From an uncultured Planctomycetales bacterium (GTDB taxonomy: Bacteria > Omnitrophota > Gorgyraeia > Gygaellales > Profunditerraquicolaceae), in contig CAZAPM010000002.1 of the NCBI GenBank assembly GCA_964487475.1, positions 124,001-158,430 of the forward strand: a stretch of 34,430 bases of DNA. The letters run 5' to 3'. Both the position numbers and the translations under genes were made by a program. Under the pieces are notes generated by a model. That model searched no databases and was not told the DNA's origin. It was given only the letters and a program-made list of their open reading frames with translations. This document shows, piece by piece, positions 25,352 through 34,430 of the stretch; the first letter of the stretch is position 1, and each line of letters begins with the position of its first letter.

Positions 25352-26522
25352 AAAACCGCTCCTGATGATCCTGTACCTTCTCTTTATCTTCCTTCTCCTG
25401 GAAACCGTCTCCTTCATTACCCTGCGTTTCGGCCAGCACAAAGGCGTCGTGTACAAAGAATACCCCGTCACCCCCGAAGAATACCAGACATACCTGCAGC
25501 GCCGCCATCCGCTGGTCGGCTGGCCCGATCCCGTCTACGAGCGGGACCATCTGCTCGACTCAACCGGCGCGCACATAAGCCCTAGCTTTCCCGACCCCCG
25601 CGCCACGCCGCCGCTTATTACCGTCTACGGGGATTCCTACGCCTTCGGCTACGTCGTCGACCATTCCAAGGGCTGGGGGGATGTGCTCTCCCGCAAGCTC
25701 AACCGCCGCGTCTCGGTGTTCGCCAAAGGAGGTTACGGCACGGACCAGGCGCTCCTGCGCTTCATGGCTAACGTTGAGGATAACTCCGACCCCGTCTCCG
25801 GCGGCGCATTCGACAAAGCGCCGATCTCGATCCTGGGCGTGTGCACGGAAAACATCCTGCGCAACGTCAATCAATACCGGCAGTACCTTTACCAGGGCCC
25901 GGATCCGCTTAATTTCAAACCGCGCTTTATCCTTACGCCCAACGGAGAACTCGCGCTCGTGCCGATCGCCAGCCTCACCTACGAAGAGTATTTGCACATG
26001 CGATCCGTCCCCGAGAAATACCTCTGCTGTGAATGTTTTCTTCCCCGCGGCAAATTCGGTCTGGCGCGGATGAGTTTCCCGTACACCTTCGCGCTGCTTA
26101 AGACCATGGCCACGCAATACCATATCCTTGCCGAGCTCAAAGGAAAAGTCTGGTACGAGGATTTTTATGACCGGAACCATCCCTGCCAGTCCCTGCAGGT
26201 CACCGTCGGCATAATCGACGAGTTCATCCGTCTTGCAAGGGAGAAAGGCAAGGCGCCTCTGGTGATCATTCTCCCGACGATGAATGATTTCCAGCACTAC
26301 CGCAGCCGCGGGGTCTGGGTGTACGCGCCGCTGATAGCCGCGCTCAAGGAAAAGGGCATCCCCTACATGGACTTCGGCCCGTACCTCTACAAGAAAATGA
26401 ACGGCGCGCCCATCAAGTCGTTTTTCCAGGTCAATCATTACACCGTCGAATCCGACGCCTTCTTAGCCGAGGCCGTATACGAATACCTGAAAGAGCATTA
26501 TGCGCACCTCCTCTCCCAGTGA
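25341..26522 (+). CDS. Membrane-anchored SGNH/GDSL-like hydrolase or acyltransferase
   Basis: N-terminal TM; ITVYGDSYAFG (block I), GGYGTDQALL (block II), C-terminal NHY. Confidence 0.7.
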   Translation: MRIKKPLLMILYLLFIFLLLETVSFITLRFGQHKGVVYKEYPVTPEEYQTYLQRRHPLVGWPDPVYERDHLLDSTGAHISPSFPDPRATPPLITVYGDSYAFGYVVDHSKGWGDVLSRKLNRRVSVFAKGGYGTDQALLRFMANVEDNSDPVSGGAFDKAPISILGVCTENILRNVNQYRQYLYQGPDPLNFKPRFILTPNGELALVPIASLTYEEYLHMRSVPEKYLCCECFLPRGKFGLARMSFPYTFALLKTMATQYHILAELKGKVWYEDFYDRNHPCQSLQVTVGIIDEFIRLAREKGKAPLVIILPTMNDFQHYRSRGVWVYAPLIAALKEKGIPYMDFGPYLYKKMNGAPIKSFFQVNHYTVESDAFLAEAVYEYLKEHYAHLLSQ

Positions 26523-27888
26523 CACTATAGCCGCCATTGCCACCGCCTCAGGTGAAGCGGGGATCGGGATCGTCCGCGTCAGCGGCGCCCGGGCCCTCGC
26601 TATCGCCGCCAGCGTGTTCCAGGCAAAAAGCGGGATCGCACCCGAGCGCATCAAGACGTTCACCGTACACTTCGGCCATATCAAGGATGCGCAAGGCGCC
26701 CTTCTGGACGAGGCGCTGCTGACCGTGATGCGCGCGCCTAAGACCTACACCCGCGAGGATGTGATCGAGCTCAGCTGTCACGGGGGGATCATCCCTTTGC
26801 GCCGCGCCCTCGAACGCTGCCTCGAAGCCGGATGCCGCCTGGCCGAGCCGGGGGAATTCACCAGACGCGCGTTCCTTAACGGCCGCCTCGACTTGGCCCA
26901 GGCCGAAGCGGTGCTTGACGTCATCCGCGCCAAAAGCGACGCCGCGATGCGGCAGGGGAGCAGCCGCCTTCAGGGCAGCCTCTCCCGCCAGGTGCGCGCC
27001 GTGCGCGAAGGCCTTATCAGCGTCCTTGCGGACTTAGAGGCGCAGATCGATTTCCCGGAGGAGGCGGATGTGCCTAAAGCCGTTGCCGCGGCGCTTCGCG
27101 ATCGCCTGGAAGCTTCCCGCCAAGCTCTCGCCGAGCTCCTCGCAGGCGCCAAATGCGGCCGTGCCCTTAAGGAGGGCATCCATTGCGTCATCTGCGGCAA
27201 GCCCAACGTCGGAAAATCGTCCCTGCTTAACGCCCTGCTTCGCCGCGAGCGCTCTATCGTCACCGCGGTGGCCGGCACCACCCGGGATACCGTCGAGGAG
27301 ATCGTGGACATCAAAGGGATCCCGGTGCGGCTGGTGGATACCGCCGGAATCCTCAAGCCCCGTGATCTCATCGAGAAAAAGGCGGTCTCCCGCTCCCGGC
27401 AGCACATCCGCCAGGCGGAAGTCATCCTCCTGGTCATCGACGCCTCCAAAAAGCTCACCCCCGCAGACCTTGCCCTCATGCGCCAGCTTTCCCGCAGGCA
27501 GGTCATCTGTGTCGCCAATAAATGCGATCTTCCCCAAAAGACCGACAAGGAGCTTCTCGCAAAACGTTTTCCGCGTGTGGTTTTCATCTCGGCTAAAAAA
27601 GGCCGCCACCTTTCCGCGCTGGAGGATTCCATCGCCGCGCTGGTCTTCGGAGGGGAGGTCGCGCCAGCCTCCCAGGGCCTGGTCGCCTCCACCCGGCACA
27701 TCCACCTGCTGCACAAGGCTCAAAAATTGGTTGCAGGAGCGCTGGATTCGTTAGATAATAGTCTTTCCCCGGAGTTCCCGGCGCAGGATATCAAGGAAGC
27801 GCTGGATTCGCTCGATGAACTGCTGGGAGCCCGGTTCAGCGAGGACCTGCTGGACAAGATCTTCAGCCAATTCTGCATAGGTAAATGA
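26500..27888 (+). CDS. mnmE: tRNA U34 modification GTPase MnmE
   Basis: [63 protein letters not shown]. Confidence 0.98.
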   Translation: MRTSSPSDTIAAIATASGEAGIGIVRVSGARALAIAASVFQAKSGIAPERIKTFTVHFGHIKDAQGALLDEALLTVMRAPKTYTREDVIELSCHGGIIPLRRALERCLEAGCRLAEPGEFTRRAFLNGRLDLAQAEAVLDVIRAKSDAAMRQGSSRLQGSLSRQVRAVREGLISVLADLEAQIDFPEEADVPKAVAAALRDRLEASRQALAELLAGAKCGRALKEGIHCVICGKPNVGKSSLLNALLRRERSIVTAVAGTTRDTVEEIVDIKGIPVRLVDTAGILKPRDLIEKKAVSRSRQHIRQAEVILLVIDASKKLTPADLALMRQLSRRQVICVANKCDLPQKTDKELLAKRFPRVVFISAKKGRHLSALEDSIAALVFGGEVAPASQGLVASTRHIHLLHKAQKLVAGALDSLDNSLSPEFPAQDIKEALDSLDELLGARFSEDLLDKIFSQFCIGK

Positions 27889-27889
27889 T

Positions 27890-28447
27890 ATGGACAAGAA
27901 AAAGATAGAAAAAGCCGTCCGCGACATACTCGTCGCCATCGGCGAAGACCCCAAGCGCAAGGACCTGATCGAAACTCCCCGCCGCGTGGCGGAGATGTAC
28001 GAGGAGATCTTCTGCGGCATCAACAAGGACCCGCAGAAGGAGCTCGAGCTCATCCTCGAGCAGAAGCACAACGAGATCATCCTGCTTAAGAACATCCCCC
28101 TGTATTCGGTGTGCGAGCATCACCTCATACCCTTCGTGGGCCGCGCGTTCGTGGCGTACATCCCCTACCAGGGCCGCGTCACCGGTTTAAGCAAACTGGC
28201 GCGCGTGGTGGACCTTCTGGCCCGCCGTCCGCAGGTGCAGGAGCGCTTGACCACCCAGGTCGCGGATATCATCATGACCAAGCTCAAGCCCCGCGGATGC
28301 ATGGTCGTCATCGAAGCGGAGCATATGTGCATGTCCATGCGCGGCATCAGGAAACCCGGCACCATGACCGTTACCTCGGCGGTGCGGGGGATCTTCCAGG
28401 AAGACGAAAAAACCCGCGCCGAAGCGCTGGCGCTGATGAAGATGTAA
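27890..28447 (+). CDS. folE: GTP cyclohydrolase I
   Basis: [37 protein letters not shown]. Confidence 0.98.
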   Translation: MDKKKIEKAVRDILVAIGEDPKRKDLIETPRRVAEMYEEIFCGINKDPQKELELILEQKHNEIILLKNIPLYSVCEHHLIPFVGRAFVAYIPYQGRVTGLSKLARVVDLLARRPQVQERLTTQVADIIMTKLKPRGCMVVIEAEHMCMSMRGIRKPGTMTVTSAVRGIFQEDEKTRAEALALMKM

Positions 28448-28457
28448 GGGAGGCCTC

Positions 28458-29522
28458 ATGAGATCGTTCGTTACGGTACTGGTCCTTTCGGTGATGCTTT
28501 TGTCAGGATGCGCGACCTATAAATTCGATAAGGGAAAAGGCGCGAACTCCGACGGATTCGTGGTCTCCCGCGATCAGTACACGCTGCTGGAGTACACCGC
28601 AGGCCCGGACAATAAAGCCGCACCTACCTTGACCCTCGCCAAGGAGCGTTTCGGCCGCCGCCGCTTCCAGGTGGAGCATTATTACAAGCAGATGGGGTAT
28701 ATCCGCAACCGCTTCCTGCAGATATTCTGGGATAATCCCGCGATGCTCGGCCGCTCCATCGTCGGATTCTTCCAGATGCCTTTCAAGTGGCGCGAGGATG
28801 TGCGTTATCAGCGGGACGCGCAGTACCGCGAGCAGGTCAGGGCCCGCGAAGCGATCGAAGAGAAGAAGGAGAACGACCGTTTAACCGAGCTTAAGATCCT
28901 CCTCGCACAGTATGTGCGCCAGGACTTAAAGCAATATGAGAATCTGACCATGGCTGAGGTTCCGGCAGCACCCGCTGCGCCCGCGCCTGTAGCGTCCGCG
29001 CCTGCAGCGCCCGAAGCGTCTGTGCCCGCTGCGCCCGTGGAAACCGGCACCACCGTGATCGAATCCGCGGCGAGCGAGCCGGCGATCGCGCTTACCCCCG
29101 CTCCCGCAACGCCCGCAGTCGAGCCCCCGGCCACAAAGTCGGACAAGGTCTCCGAGGCGCTGGCGAAGCTGGAGAACGAGGTTCCCTCCAAAAAGCCCCT
29201 CCCTTCGGCGCAGACCAGGCAGCCGGCGCTCCCTAAGCCGGTCAAAGGCGATATCCAGGCGGTCATCACCGCAAATCCTATCAAGGGATATTCCCCCCTT
29301 AAGGTCTTCTTTTCCGCAGGCCGCTCCCGTTCGCCTTTCGGCAGGATCATCGCCTATGAATGGGATTTTGGCGACGGAGATAAATCCTCCAGGCGCTCCG
29401 CTACCAACACCTTCTGGAGCACCTCGTATGAGCCTAAGTTCTACACCGTAGGCTTGACCGTGACGGACGACAAGGGTAACTCTTCGACCACCACCCAGTT
29501 GATCGAAGTCATCAACCCGTAA
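28458..29522 (+). CDS. Lipoprotein with Pro/Ala-rich linker and C-terminal PKD domain
   Basis: Lipobox LLSGC; PAAPAAPAP linker; GYSPLKVFFSA, YEWDFGDG, VGLTVTDDKG. Confidence 0.82.
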   Translation: MRSFVTVLVLSVMLLSGCATYKFDKGKGANSDGFVVSRDQYTLLEYTAGPDNKAAPTLTLAKERFGRRRFQVEHYYKQMGYIRNRFLQIFWDNPAMLGRSIVGFFQMPFKWREDVRYQRDAQYREQVRAREAIEEKKENDRLTELKILLAQYVRQDLKQYENLTMAEVPAAPAAPAPVASAPAAPEASVPAAPVETGTTVIESAASEPAIALTPAPATPAVEPPATKSDKVSEALAKLENEVPSKKPLPSAQTRQPALPKPVKGDIQAVITANPIKGYSPLKVFFSAGRSRSPFGRIIAYEWDFGDGDKSSRRSATNTFWSTSYEPKFYTVGLTVTDDKGNSSTTTQLIEVINP

Positions 29523-29549
29523 CATCCGGTTAAAATACAGGGCTTCCGT

Positions 29550-30524
29550 ATGAAAAAGGACCTCATCCTTGGCTTGATCAACAATTACCCCTTTGAATGG
29601 GTGCGCCCTTTTATCTCATCTCTGCGCGCCACCGGATACAAGGGAGAGGTCCGCTTCTTCGTCACCCGGGCCTCTTCTGATACGCTGGATCTTCTGCGCA
29701 GGGAGGGGGTGGAAGTCATCCCGTTTTTCCACAGCGCAGCGGCATTCCGGGCCTGTATGGGGCCTACTCACAGGAAATCCTTCTTCCGTAGGCATTGGGA
29801 CAGGCTTTGCTACCGTGTGCTCCGAGATCCTTTGCAGATGGCACGCCTGCTGCTGCCGGTTTCCTCCCGCCATCCCCTCAAGGCCAAGGCCGCGGCGCTT
29901 TACATGCCCTCCGTCGGTGTCCGCAACGCTTTGTACTACGCGTTCCTCAAAGAGCAGGGGTATCGTTACCGCAGGGTGATGCTTACCGACCTTAAGGATG
30001 TGATCTTCCAGGCCGACCCGTTCGCCTTTGACTGGAAGGATGAGGTCACATGCTTCTGGGAGGACTCATATTTCGACCCCGACCCGCGTAATCCCTGCCG
30101 CAACTCCCAGTGGATGCGCTACGGATACGGCCCCAAAACCGCGCTTTCCTTCAAGGGAGCGCGCGTCACCTGCTCCGGGATCAATTACGGCTCTCCGGAG
30201 AAGCTGATGGAGTACGCCTACCAAATGTACCGCGCCATGGAGTCCAAAGCGTTCGAAGTAGACCAGGCGGTGCACAATTACCTGATCCACAAGGGGATCT
30301 TCGTCCCCGGCCGGATCATGGAGAACTTCCAGGGCCCGGTGCTGACCATGGGAACCATCCCGCAGGAGCGGCTGTCAACCGATCCCCAGGGGTATTTGCA
30401 CAACGAAGACGGCTCCCTGATCAACGTCCTGCATCACTACGACCGCTTCCCTGCGGAGTTTCGCGCCAACCTGGCTGCCTGGAGGGCTTTTGTGAAAAGC
30501 TCGCCCGTTTCTCCGGCCGGATAA
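29550..30524 (+). CDS. Hypothetical protein, probable GT-A-fold glycosyltransferase
   Basis: VMLTDLKDVIFQADPF (DxxD), CSGINYG, DQAVHNY, VLHHYDR. Confidence 0.6.
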   Translation: MKKDLILGLINNYPFEWVRPFISSLRATGYKGEVRFFVTRASSDTLDLLRREGVEVIPFFHSAAAFRACMGPTHRKSFFRRHWDRLCYRVLRDPLQMARLLLPVSSRHPLKAKAAALYMPSVGVRNALYYAFLKEQGYRYRRVMLTDLKDVIFQADPFAFDWKDEVTCFWEDSYFDPDPRNPCRNSQWMRYGYGPKTALSFKGARVTCSGINYGSPEKLMEYAYQMYRAMESKAFEVDQAVHNYLIHKGIFVPGRIMENFQGPVLTMGTIPQERLSTDPQGYLHNEDGSLINVLHHYDRFPAEFRANLAAWRAFVKSSPVSPAG

Positions 30525-30537
30525 CCCCCCGTTTCCC

Positions 30538-30566
30538 TTGCCAAAAGCCGCTTTTTGATGTATACT
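30538..30566 (+). promoter_or_regulatory. Sigma70-type promoter for the 30624+ cluster
   Basis: TTGCCA (30538-30543), 17-bp spacer, TATACT (30561-30566). Confidence 0.7.
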
Positions 30567-30623
30567 ATACAACAATTGTGCTGGAACAGGCGCGAAACCC
30601 TTTCTTTGCCAAGAGGTTAGATT

Positions 30624-30893
30624 ATGGAATTACTTTTTAAGACCAAACTGCGCACCAAGCTCATCACTCACGCGTTCACCAACCCCCGCTCCAGCTACTA
30701 TGTGCGGGAGTTTTCCGGATTGCTTAAGGAGGATGCCGGCAACCTTTCCCGGGAGCTGCGCCGCCTGGAGCAGGAGGGGCTTTTTCGCTCACAGAGCACG
30801 GGCAGGGAGAAATTCTACGTGCTGAACAAATCCTACCCCTTTTACCGCGAATTCAAAAGTATCGTCACTAAATCCGTGAGGAGGTCGCAATGA
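30624..30893 (+). CDS. Small winged-HTH (ArsR-like) protein
   Basis: LFKTKLR.KL...F.NP...YYVRE......DAGNLSRELRRLEQEGL.....GREKFY; RBS GAGG. Confidence 0.8.
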   Translation: MELLFKTKLRTKLITHAFTNPRSSYYVREFSGLLKEDAGNLSRELRRLEQEGLFRSQSTGREKFYVLNKSYPFYREFKSIVTKSVRRSQ

Positions 30894-31405
30894 GAGCGTT
30901 CATCATGGCGGTGTTGCTGGTGCTTATCTTTGCCTGTGCGGTGGTGTGCGCCCAGGAGCGGGTGACGAACGTAGTGAAGGACGTCTCCCAGTTCGCGGTG
31001 TTCCCGGCCGGTTACGAGCTTGAGGTGTATGGGATCAAAGGGGAGCGGGTCGCAGTCTCCCTCGAGGATTGCCGCAGGGCGGATGCGCTGGTGACCGGTT
31101 TTATGCGCGGTATTCTCGATAACGCGGAGGGGCTGACCCTGGACCGTTACCGCCGCAATGATATCAAGGAGATCCTGCCGCGGCTTTCCGAGTACCGGAG
31201 GCAGTGTTTCGGGCTGGTCAATGCGCAGGGCAATGTGATCGTCTGGATCAACTACTTCCGCGCCCCGCGCCGGGATATCGAGTCGTATCCCGACTGGCAC
31301 ACGAAACTGGTGTACGTGCATGACGGCGGAGCCGCGTATTTCAACGTGAAGGTGAACCTTACCACCGGCGAGGTCTTCGACTTCCTGGCCAACGGCGAAG
31401 CTTAG
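30890..31405 (+). CDS. Secreted hypothetical protein
   Basis: Signal peptide; ATGA overlap; YRRQCFG..N, V.DGG..YF.VK.NL C-terminal pattern. Confidence 0.7.
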   Translation: MRAFIMAVLLVLIFACAVVCAQERVTNVVKDVSQFAVFPAGYELEVYGIKGERVAVSLEDCRRADALVTGFMRGILDNAEGLTLDRYRRNDIKEILPRLSEYRRQCFGLVNAQGNVIVWINYFRAPRRDIESYPDWHTKLVYVHDGGAAYFNVKVNLTTGEVFDFLANGEA

Positions 31406-31427
31406 AATCCCTAAAAAAGGAGGCTCT

Positions 31428-31733
31428 ATGAAGTTCATCCAGATCGCAGCTTTCGTATTACTTTTAGGGGTCACTCCGGCCTTCTCCGCAGAGAAGCTCA
31501 TGGACTTCCCCCTGAACAAGGATTCCTCCTATGACGTATACTTCACCTCCGCTAAGAACACGGTCTCGACCGTGCGCAACGTCAGGGTGATCGACGTGAT
31601 CAGCTTCCAGGGGATCACCTACCTGTTGATCGAGCGCCCCGGCATGCGTACCGAGAAGGGGATGATCCTTTTCGGCGCGGTTACCGCCATTTTGCCTGCG
31701 CAGACACTGGTGGATTCCAAGACGGTATCTTAA
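31428..31733 (+). CDS. Small secreted hypothetical protein
   Basis: Strong RBS AAGGAGG; signal peptide ending PAFSA. Confidence 0.7.
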   Translation: MKFIQIAAFVLLLGVTPAFSAEKLMDFPLNKDSSYDVYFTSAKNTVSTVRNVRVIDVISFQGITYLLIERPGMRTEKGMILFGAVTAILPAQTLVDSKTVS

Positions 31734-31753
31734 CTCATGTTAGGGAGAGCGAT

Positions 31754-32044
31754 GTGATGCATCCTGTGAATGCGATAACGGCGGCGCTGTGCGCGGTGAT
31801 GTTCGCGGTTCCTGTGTTCGCGCAGGGGGTGCCAGCTGAAGGGAAGGTGCAGGAGGTTTTGACCGCGTACGCCAAAGTCCAAGGGTGGCAAGCGCAGTAT
31901 GAATATATCCGGCATTTTTCTGCGGTGGAAATGAGGCCTTATCCTGAGCCGCCGAAGCCTTTCGAAAAACTGGAGCTCTGGACCGGCCCCTTGAGTACCT
32001 TGAGATGCTCGCGGGGGATTTCCGGCCGGTCCGTAAATAATTAG
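31754..32044 (+). pseudogene. Truncated paralogue of the downstream LolA-like gene
   Basis: FAVPVFAQGVPAEGKVQEVLTAYAKVQGWQAQYE aligns with FAFPVFAQSLPAKDKAQEVLAAYDKVNSWEARYE; similarity is lost after WTG. Confidence 0.6.
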
Positions 32045-32052
32045 GAGGCAGA

Positions 32053-32853
32053 ATGCAAGTCTTGTTGGCTTTCCTGTTCGTGTATCTTTTTGCTTTTCCG
32101 GTATTTGCGCAGAGTCTGCCTGCCAAGGATAAGGCCCAAGAGGTGCTGGCCGCATACGATAAGGTCAATTCCTGGGAAGCGCGGTATGAGTCCCTCCAGT
32201 CTGTTGCCGCAGTGGAAAAGACACCGGAGCCGGGGATCGGCAAGTCATTCCCTTATAAGTTGATATGGAGCGGAACGGTGAAGTTCCAGAAGCCGGATAA
32301 GGTCAGGATCAATATCGCTTCTTCCGGTACGATGCACGAGAGTATCCATGCCGGGCGGGGATTCTTGATCAGCGACGGTACGGTGATCTGGTATAGGCCC
32401 TTCAAGTCGTATAAGACAAATGATGTTGAAGAGCTTCCGGTAGCCGGGGTGCCTGCCCAGACCGGAGAGGAGTATCGCCGCTTTCCTTACGCGCATGGCG
32501 CTACCCCTTTGGCCCGTAGGATGATGCAGTTGCGCATTCCGGGGTTTGTGAGGCAGCCGTTCGGAGGTGAGATGCCCAAAGAAATGGCATATTTGGGAGA
32601 GCGGGAATTTGAAGGAACCCCGGTGTATGTCTTTGAGCTTGCTCGTGCCGATGATAACCCGCAAGCCGTGCTGTATATCGGAATCGAGGATGGCATTCTC
32701 CGCTATGCAGAGATGTATGATCTTCTTGACCAGAAAGTAGAGAGAACGATCGCTTTGCATGAAGTCAAGGTGAACCCCCAGATCGCGGATAAAGAGTTTC
32801 GTTATGACCCGACCGCAATTAATCTTGAAGAAGTGTCATCTGTAAGCTTGTAA
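32053..32853 (+). CDS. LolA-fold (lipoprotein carrier-like) periplasmic protein
   Basis: RBS AGGAGG; signal peptide; SGTVKFQKPDKVRI, ISDGTVIWY, VKVNPQIADKEFRY. Confidence 0.7.
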   Translation: MQVLLAFLFVYLFAFPVFAQSLPAKDKAQEVLAAYDKVNSWEARYESLQSVAAVEKTPEPGIGKSFPYKLIWSGTVKFQKPDKVRINIASSGTMHESIHAGRGFLISDGTVIWYRPFKSYKTNDVEELPVAGVPAQTGEEYRRFPYAHGATPLARRMMQLRIPGFVRQPFGGEMPKEMAYLGEREFEGTPVYVFELARADDNPQAVLYIGIEDGILRYAEMYDLLDQKVERTIALHEVKVNPQIADKEFRYDPTAINLEEVSSVSL

Positions 32854-32875
32854 GATTAACAAGGGATAGGCCTGT

Positions 32876-33775
32876 ATGTCCGGCATACGCTACGAGCTCG
32901 ATCCGTATAACCGCCTGGTAGAGACCCGTATCGGCCGCCGCGGCGCGGTGATCGGGATGCGCCGGGTGCTCGAGGGGTCTTTTCGCCTCTCGCCGGGTAC
33001 AGGCGAGCTCGTCTACCGCCTTAAAGAGCCTTTGCCCCAGGGCAAGGGCTCTTCGTTGCGTGAGATCAGGCTCAATGCCAGGATAATCGACGCAAAAGCC
33101 GATTCGCTGGTGTTTTCGGTGGCGGCGAAGGATGAGGGCGGCAGCGCGTCTTTGTCTATCCTTACGCTCGACGGCGTCTGGCAGGCGGATTTCCGCAACC
33201 GGCTGACCTTTGCCGTGCGCCGGGCAGGGACAGGCGCCGACAGGCTCGTGTTCGAGGGCGCATGGGAGCTCGATAAGCGCCTGCGCGTGGTGTACCGCTC
33301 CGGCAAGGGCGCGGGTTTTTCCCTTGAAGGGGCGTGGGAGTTAGGCAGCAGCACCAGGATCTCGTATGTGCTCGGGACAGGCACGGATTCCCGGCTGGAT
33401 TTCCGCGCGGCAGCATCCCGTTTTGCCGGCCGGACGATCCGCTATGAAGTGGGGATCGGGATAGCTTCGCGCAAGCGCCCGGTGCGCCGGCAGATCGAGT
33501 TTACCGGCAAGTGGCAGGTGACCCCGGGTATTGGGCTTGAGTTCGTGGTGGCGGGGCCGGGAAGTGTGCGCAGGTCATTTACCTTCGGGTGCAGAGTGCG
33601 GCTGACTGCGCGGGATACGCTGGCCTGTGCGCTTCGCAGCAGCGACGGCCGCGCGCTGGGAGCGGAGATCGAGCTTGAGCGGCGCGTCTTCAAAGGTGAC
33701 GGCCGCGTTTTTTTAAGGCTTTTGGAGGAGAGGGGGGTCGCATCGGTGACGATCGGCGCAGGGTGGGCATGGTGA
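32876..33775 (+). CDS. Hypothetical beta-strand repeat protein
   Basis: Recurring L.(L/F)(E/D)G.W......L.(F/Y) units; ends in the aromatic GAGWAW. Confidence 0.6.
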   Translation: MSGIRYELDPYNRLVETRIGRRGAVIGMRRVLEGSFRLSPGTGELVYRLKEPLPQGKGSSLREIRLNARIIDAKADSLVFSVAAKDEGGSASLSILTLDGVWQADFRNRLTFAVRRAGTGADRLVFEGAWELDKRLRVVYRSGKGAGFSLEGAWELGSSTRISYVLGTGTDSRLDFRAAASRFAGRTIRYEVGIGIASRKRPVRRQIEFTGKWQVTPGIGLEFVVAGPGSVRRSFTFGCRVRLTARDTLACALRSSDGRALGAEIELERRVFKGDGRVFLRLLEERGVASVTIGAGWAW

Positions 33776-34430
33776 AGCGCTATTACGGCTGGAAACCCGA
33801 CCTTCCGGATACCCGGGACTACCTTTATGCGTCTATAAGGCCTGTGGTGCGCGTTCCGGCTGAAGTGGACCTGAGTCCCGGTTGCTCCGCGATCGAGGAC
33901 CAGGGGGCCCTGGGAAGCTGTACGGCGCAGGCTCTGGCAGGCAACCTCGAATTCCTGGACAATAATATTGACGGCGCGTACACGGATGTGAGCCGGCTGT
34001 TCATTTACTTTAACGAGCGCAGGATCATGGGCACGGAGGAGTACGATTCCGGGGCTTCCCTGCGTGACGGGATCAAGACCCTCAAGAAGGACGGCGCCTG
34101 CAAAGAGGTGATGTGGCCGTATGAGGTGAAGAAGTTCGCGCAGCCGCCTCCTTCGAAATGTTATGAGGAGGCGAAGAAGCATAGGATCGTCTCCTATCAC
34201 CGTATCCGCACCCTGCAGGAGATGCTGGCGTGCCTGACCGAGGGGTATCCGTTCGTCTTCGGCTTTACGGTGTACGAGAGTTTCGAGACGGAGAAGGTGG
34301 CGCGCACCGGTGTGGTGGCGATGCCTAAGAAGGGCGAGCGGGCTTTGGGCGGTCATGCGGTGATGGCAGCGGGGTTTGACAAGGAGAAGGGGCGTTTCCT
34401 GGTGCGCAACTCCTGGGGTGTGGGGTGGGG
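33769..34430 (+). CDS. Papain-family (C1A) cysteine protease, xylellain-like, 3' end outside the window
   Basis: Not in the ORF track. Hand translation from ATG 33769: MVKRYYGWKPDLPDTRD...DQGALGSCTAQA...SRLFIYFNER...GGHAV...VRNSWG (catalytic Q/C/H/N). GTG 33772 is an alternative start. Confidence 0.92.
   Translation, partial: MVKRYYGWKPDLPDTRDYLYASIRPVVRVPAEVDLSPGCSAIEDQGALGSCTAQALAGNLEFLDNNIDGAYTDVSRLFIYFNERRIMGTEEYDSGASLRDGIKTLKKDGACKEVMWPYEVKKFAQPPPSKCYEEAKKHRIVSYHRIRTLQEMLACLTEGYPFVFGFTVYESFETEKVARTGVVAMPKKGERALGGHAVMAAGFDKEKGRFLVRNSWGVGW

Noticed and set aside
33442..34356. 304-aa minus-strand ORF
   Set aside because: Antisense to a clear C1A protease on the + strand.

Overview
A 34.4-kb, GC-rich, gene-dense bacterial scaffold window with one 100-N gap (147-246). 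Nearly all genes are on the + strand. Gene content and the style of the first ORF suggest an uncultured anaerobe, possibly Omnitrophota (inference from recall, not verified). Gene order: C-terminus of a large hypothetical protein; an operon of tRNA-binding OB protein, YkgJ-type Cys-cluster protein, DUF2156, DnaQ-type exonuclease, TPR/transglutaminase lipoprotein, PilZ-TM-glycosidase-like fusion, beta-barrel, M20 hydrolase, PAC2, HAD, GT4, WecA/MraY-like and GT2; a minus-strand O-antigen-ligase-like gene; rex; two Ddl-like ATP-grasp ligases and a KamA-family aminomutase behind a terminator-containing leader; an EF-G paralogue; a P-loop-less YchF; purH, folC, SGNH protein, mnmE, folE; a PKD lipoprotein; several accessory secreted or hypothetical genes; and a papain-family protease running off the end. 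Three observations stand out. (1) A dispersed palindromic repeat family built from a 15-bp (5-codon) unit, AGGGG(C/T)GTCCCCTT(T/C), occurs five times, three of them in frame inside proteins. (2) The ATP-grasp x2 + aminomutase operon has a candidate Lys/Arg-rich leader-peptide attenuator. (3) The YchF has lost its nucleotide-binding motifs but keeps the TGS domain. No CRISPR array, tRNA, rRNA or transposase was seen.
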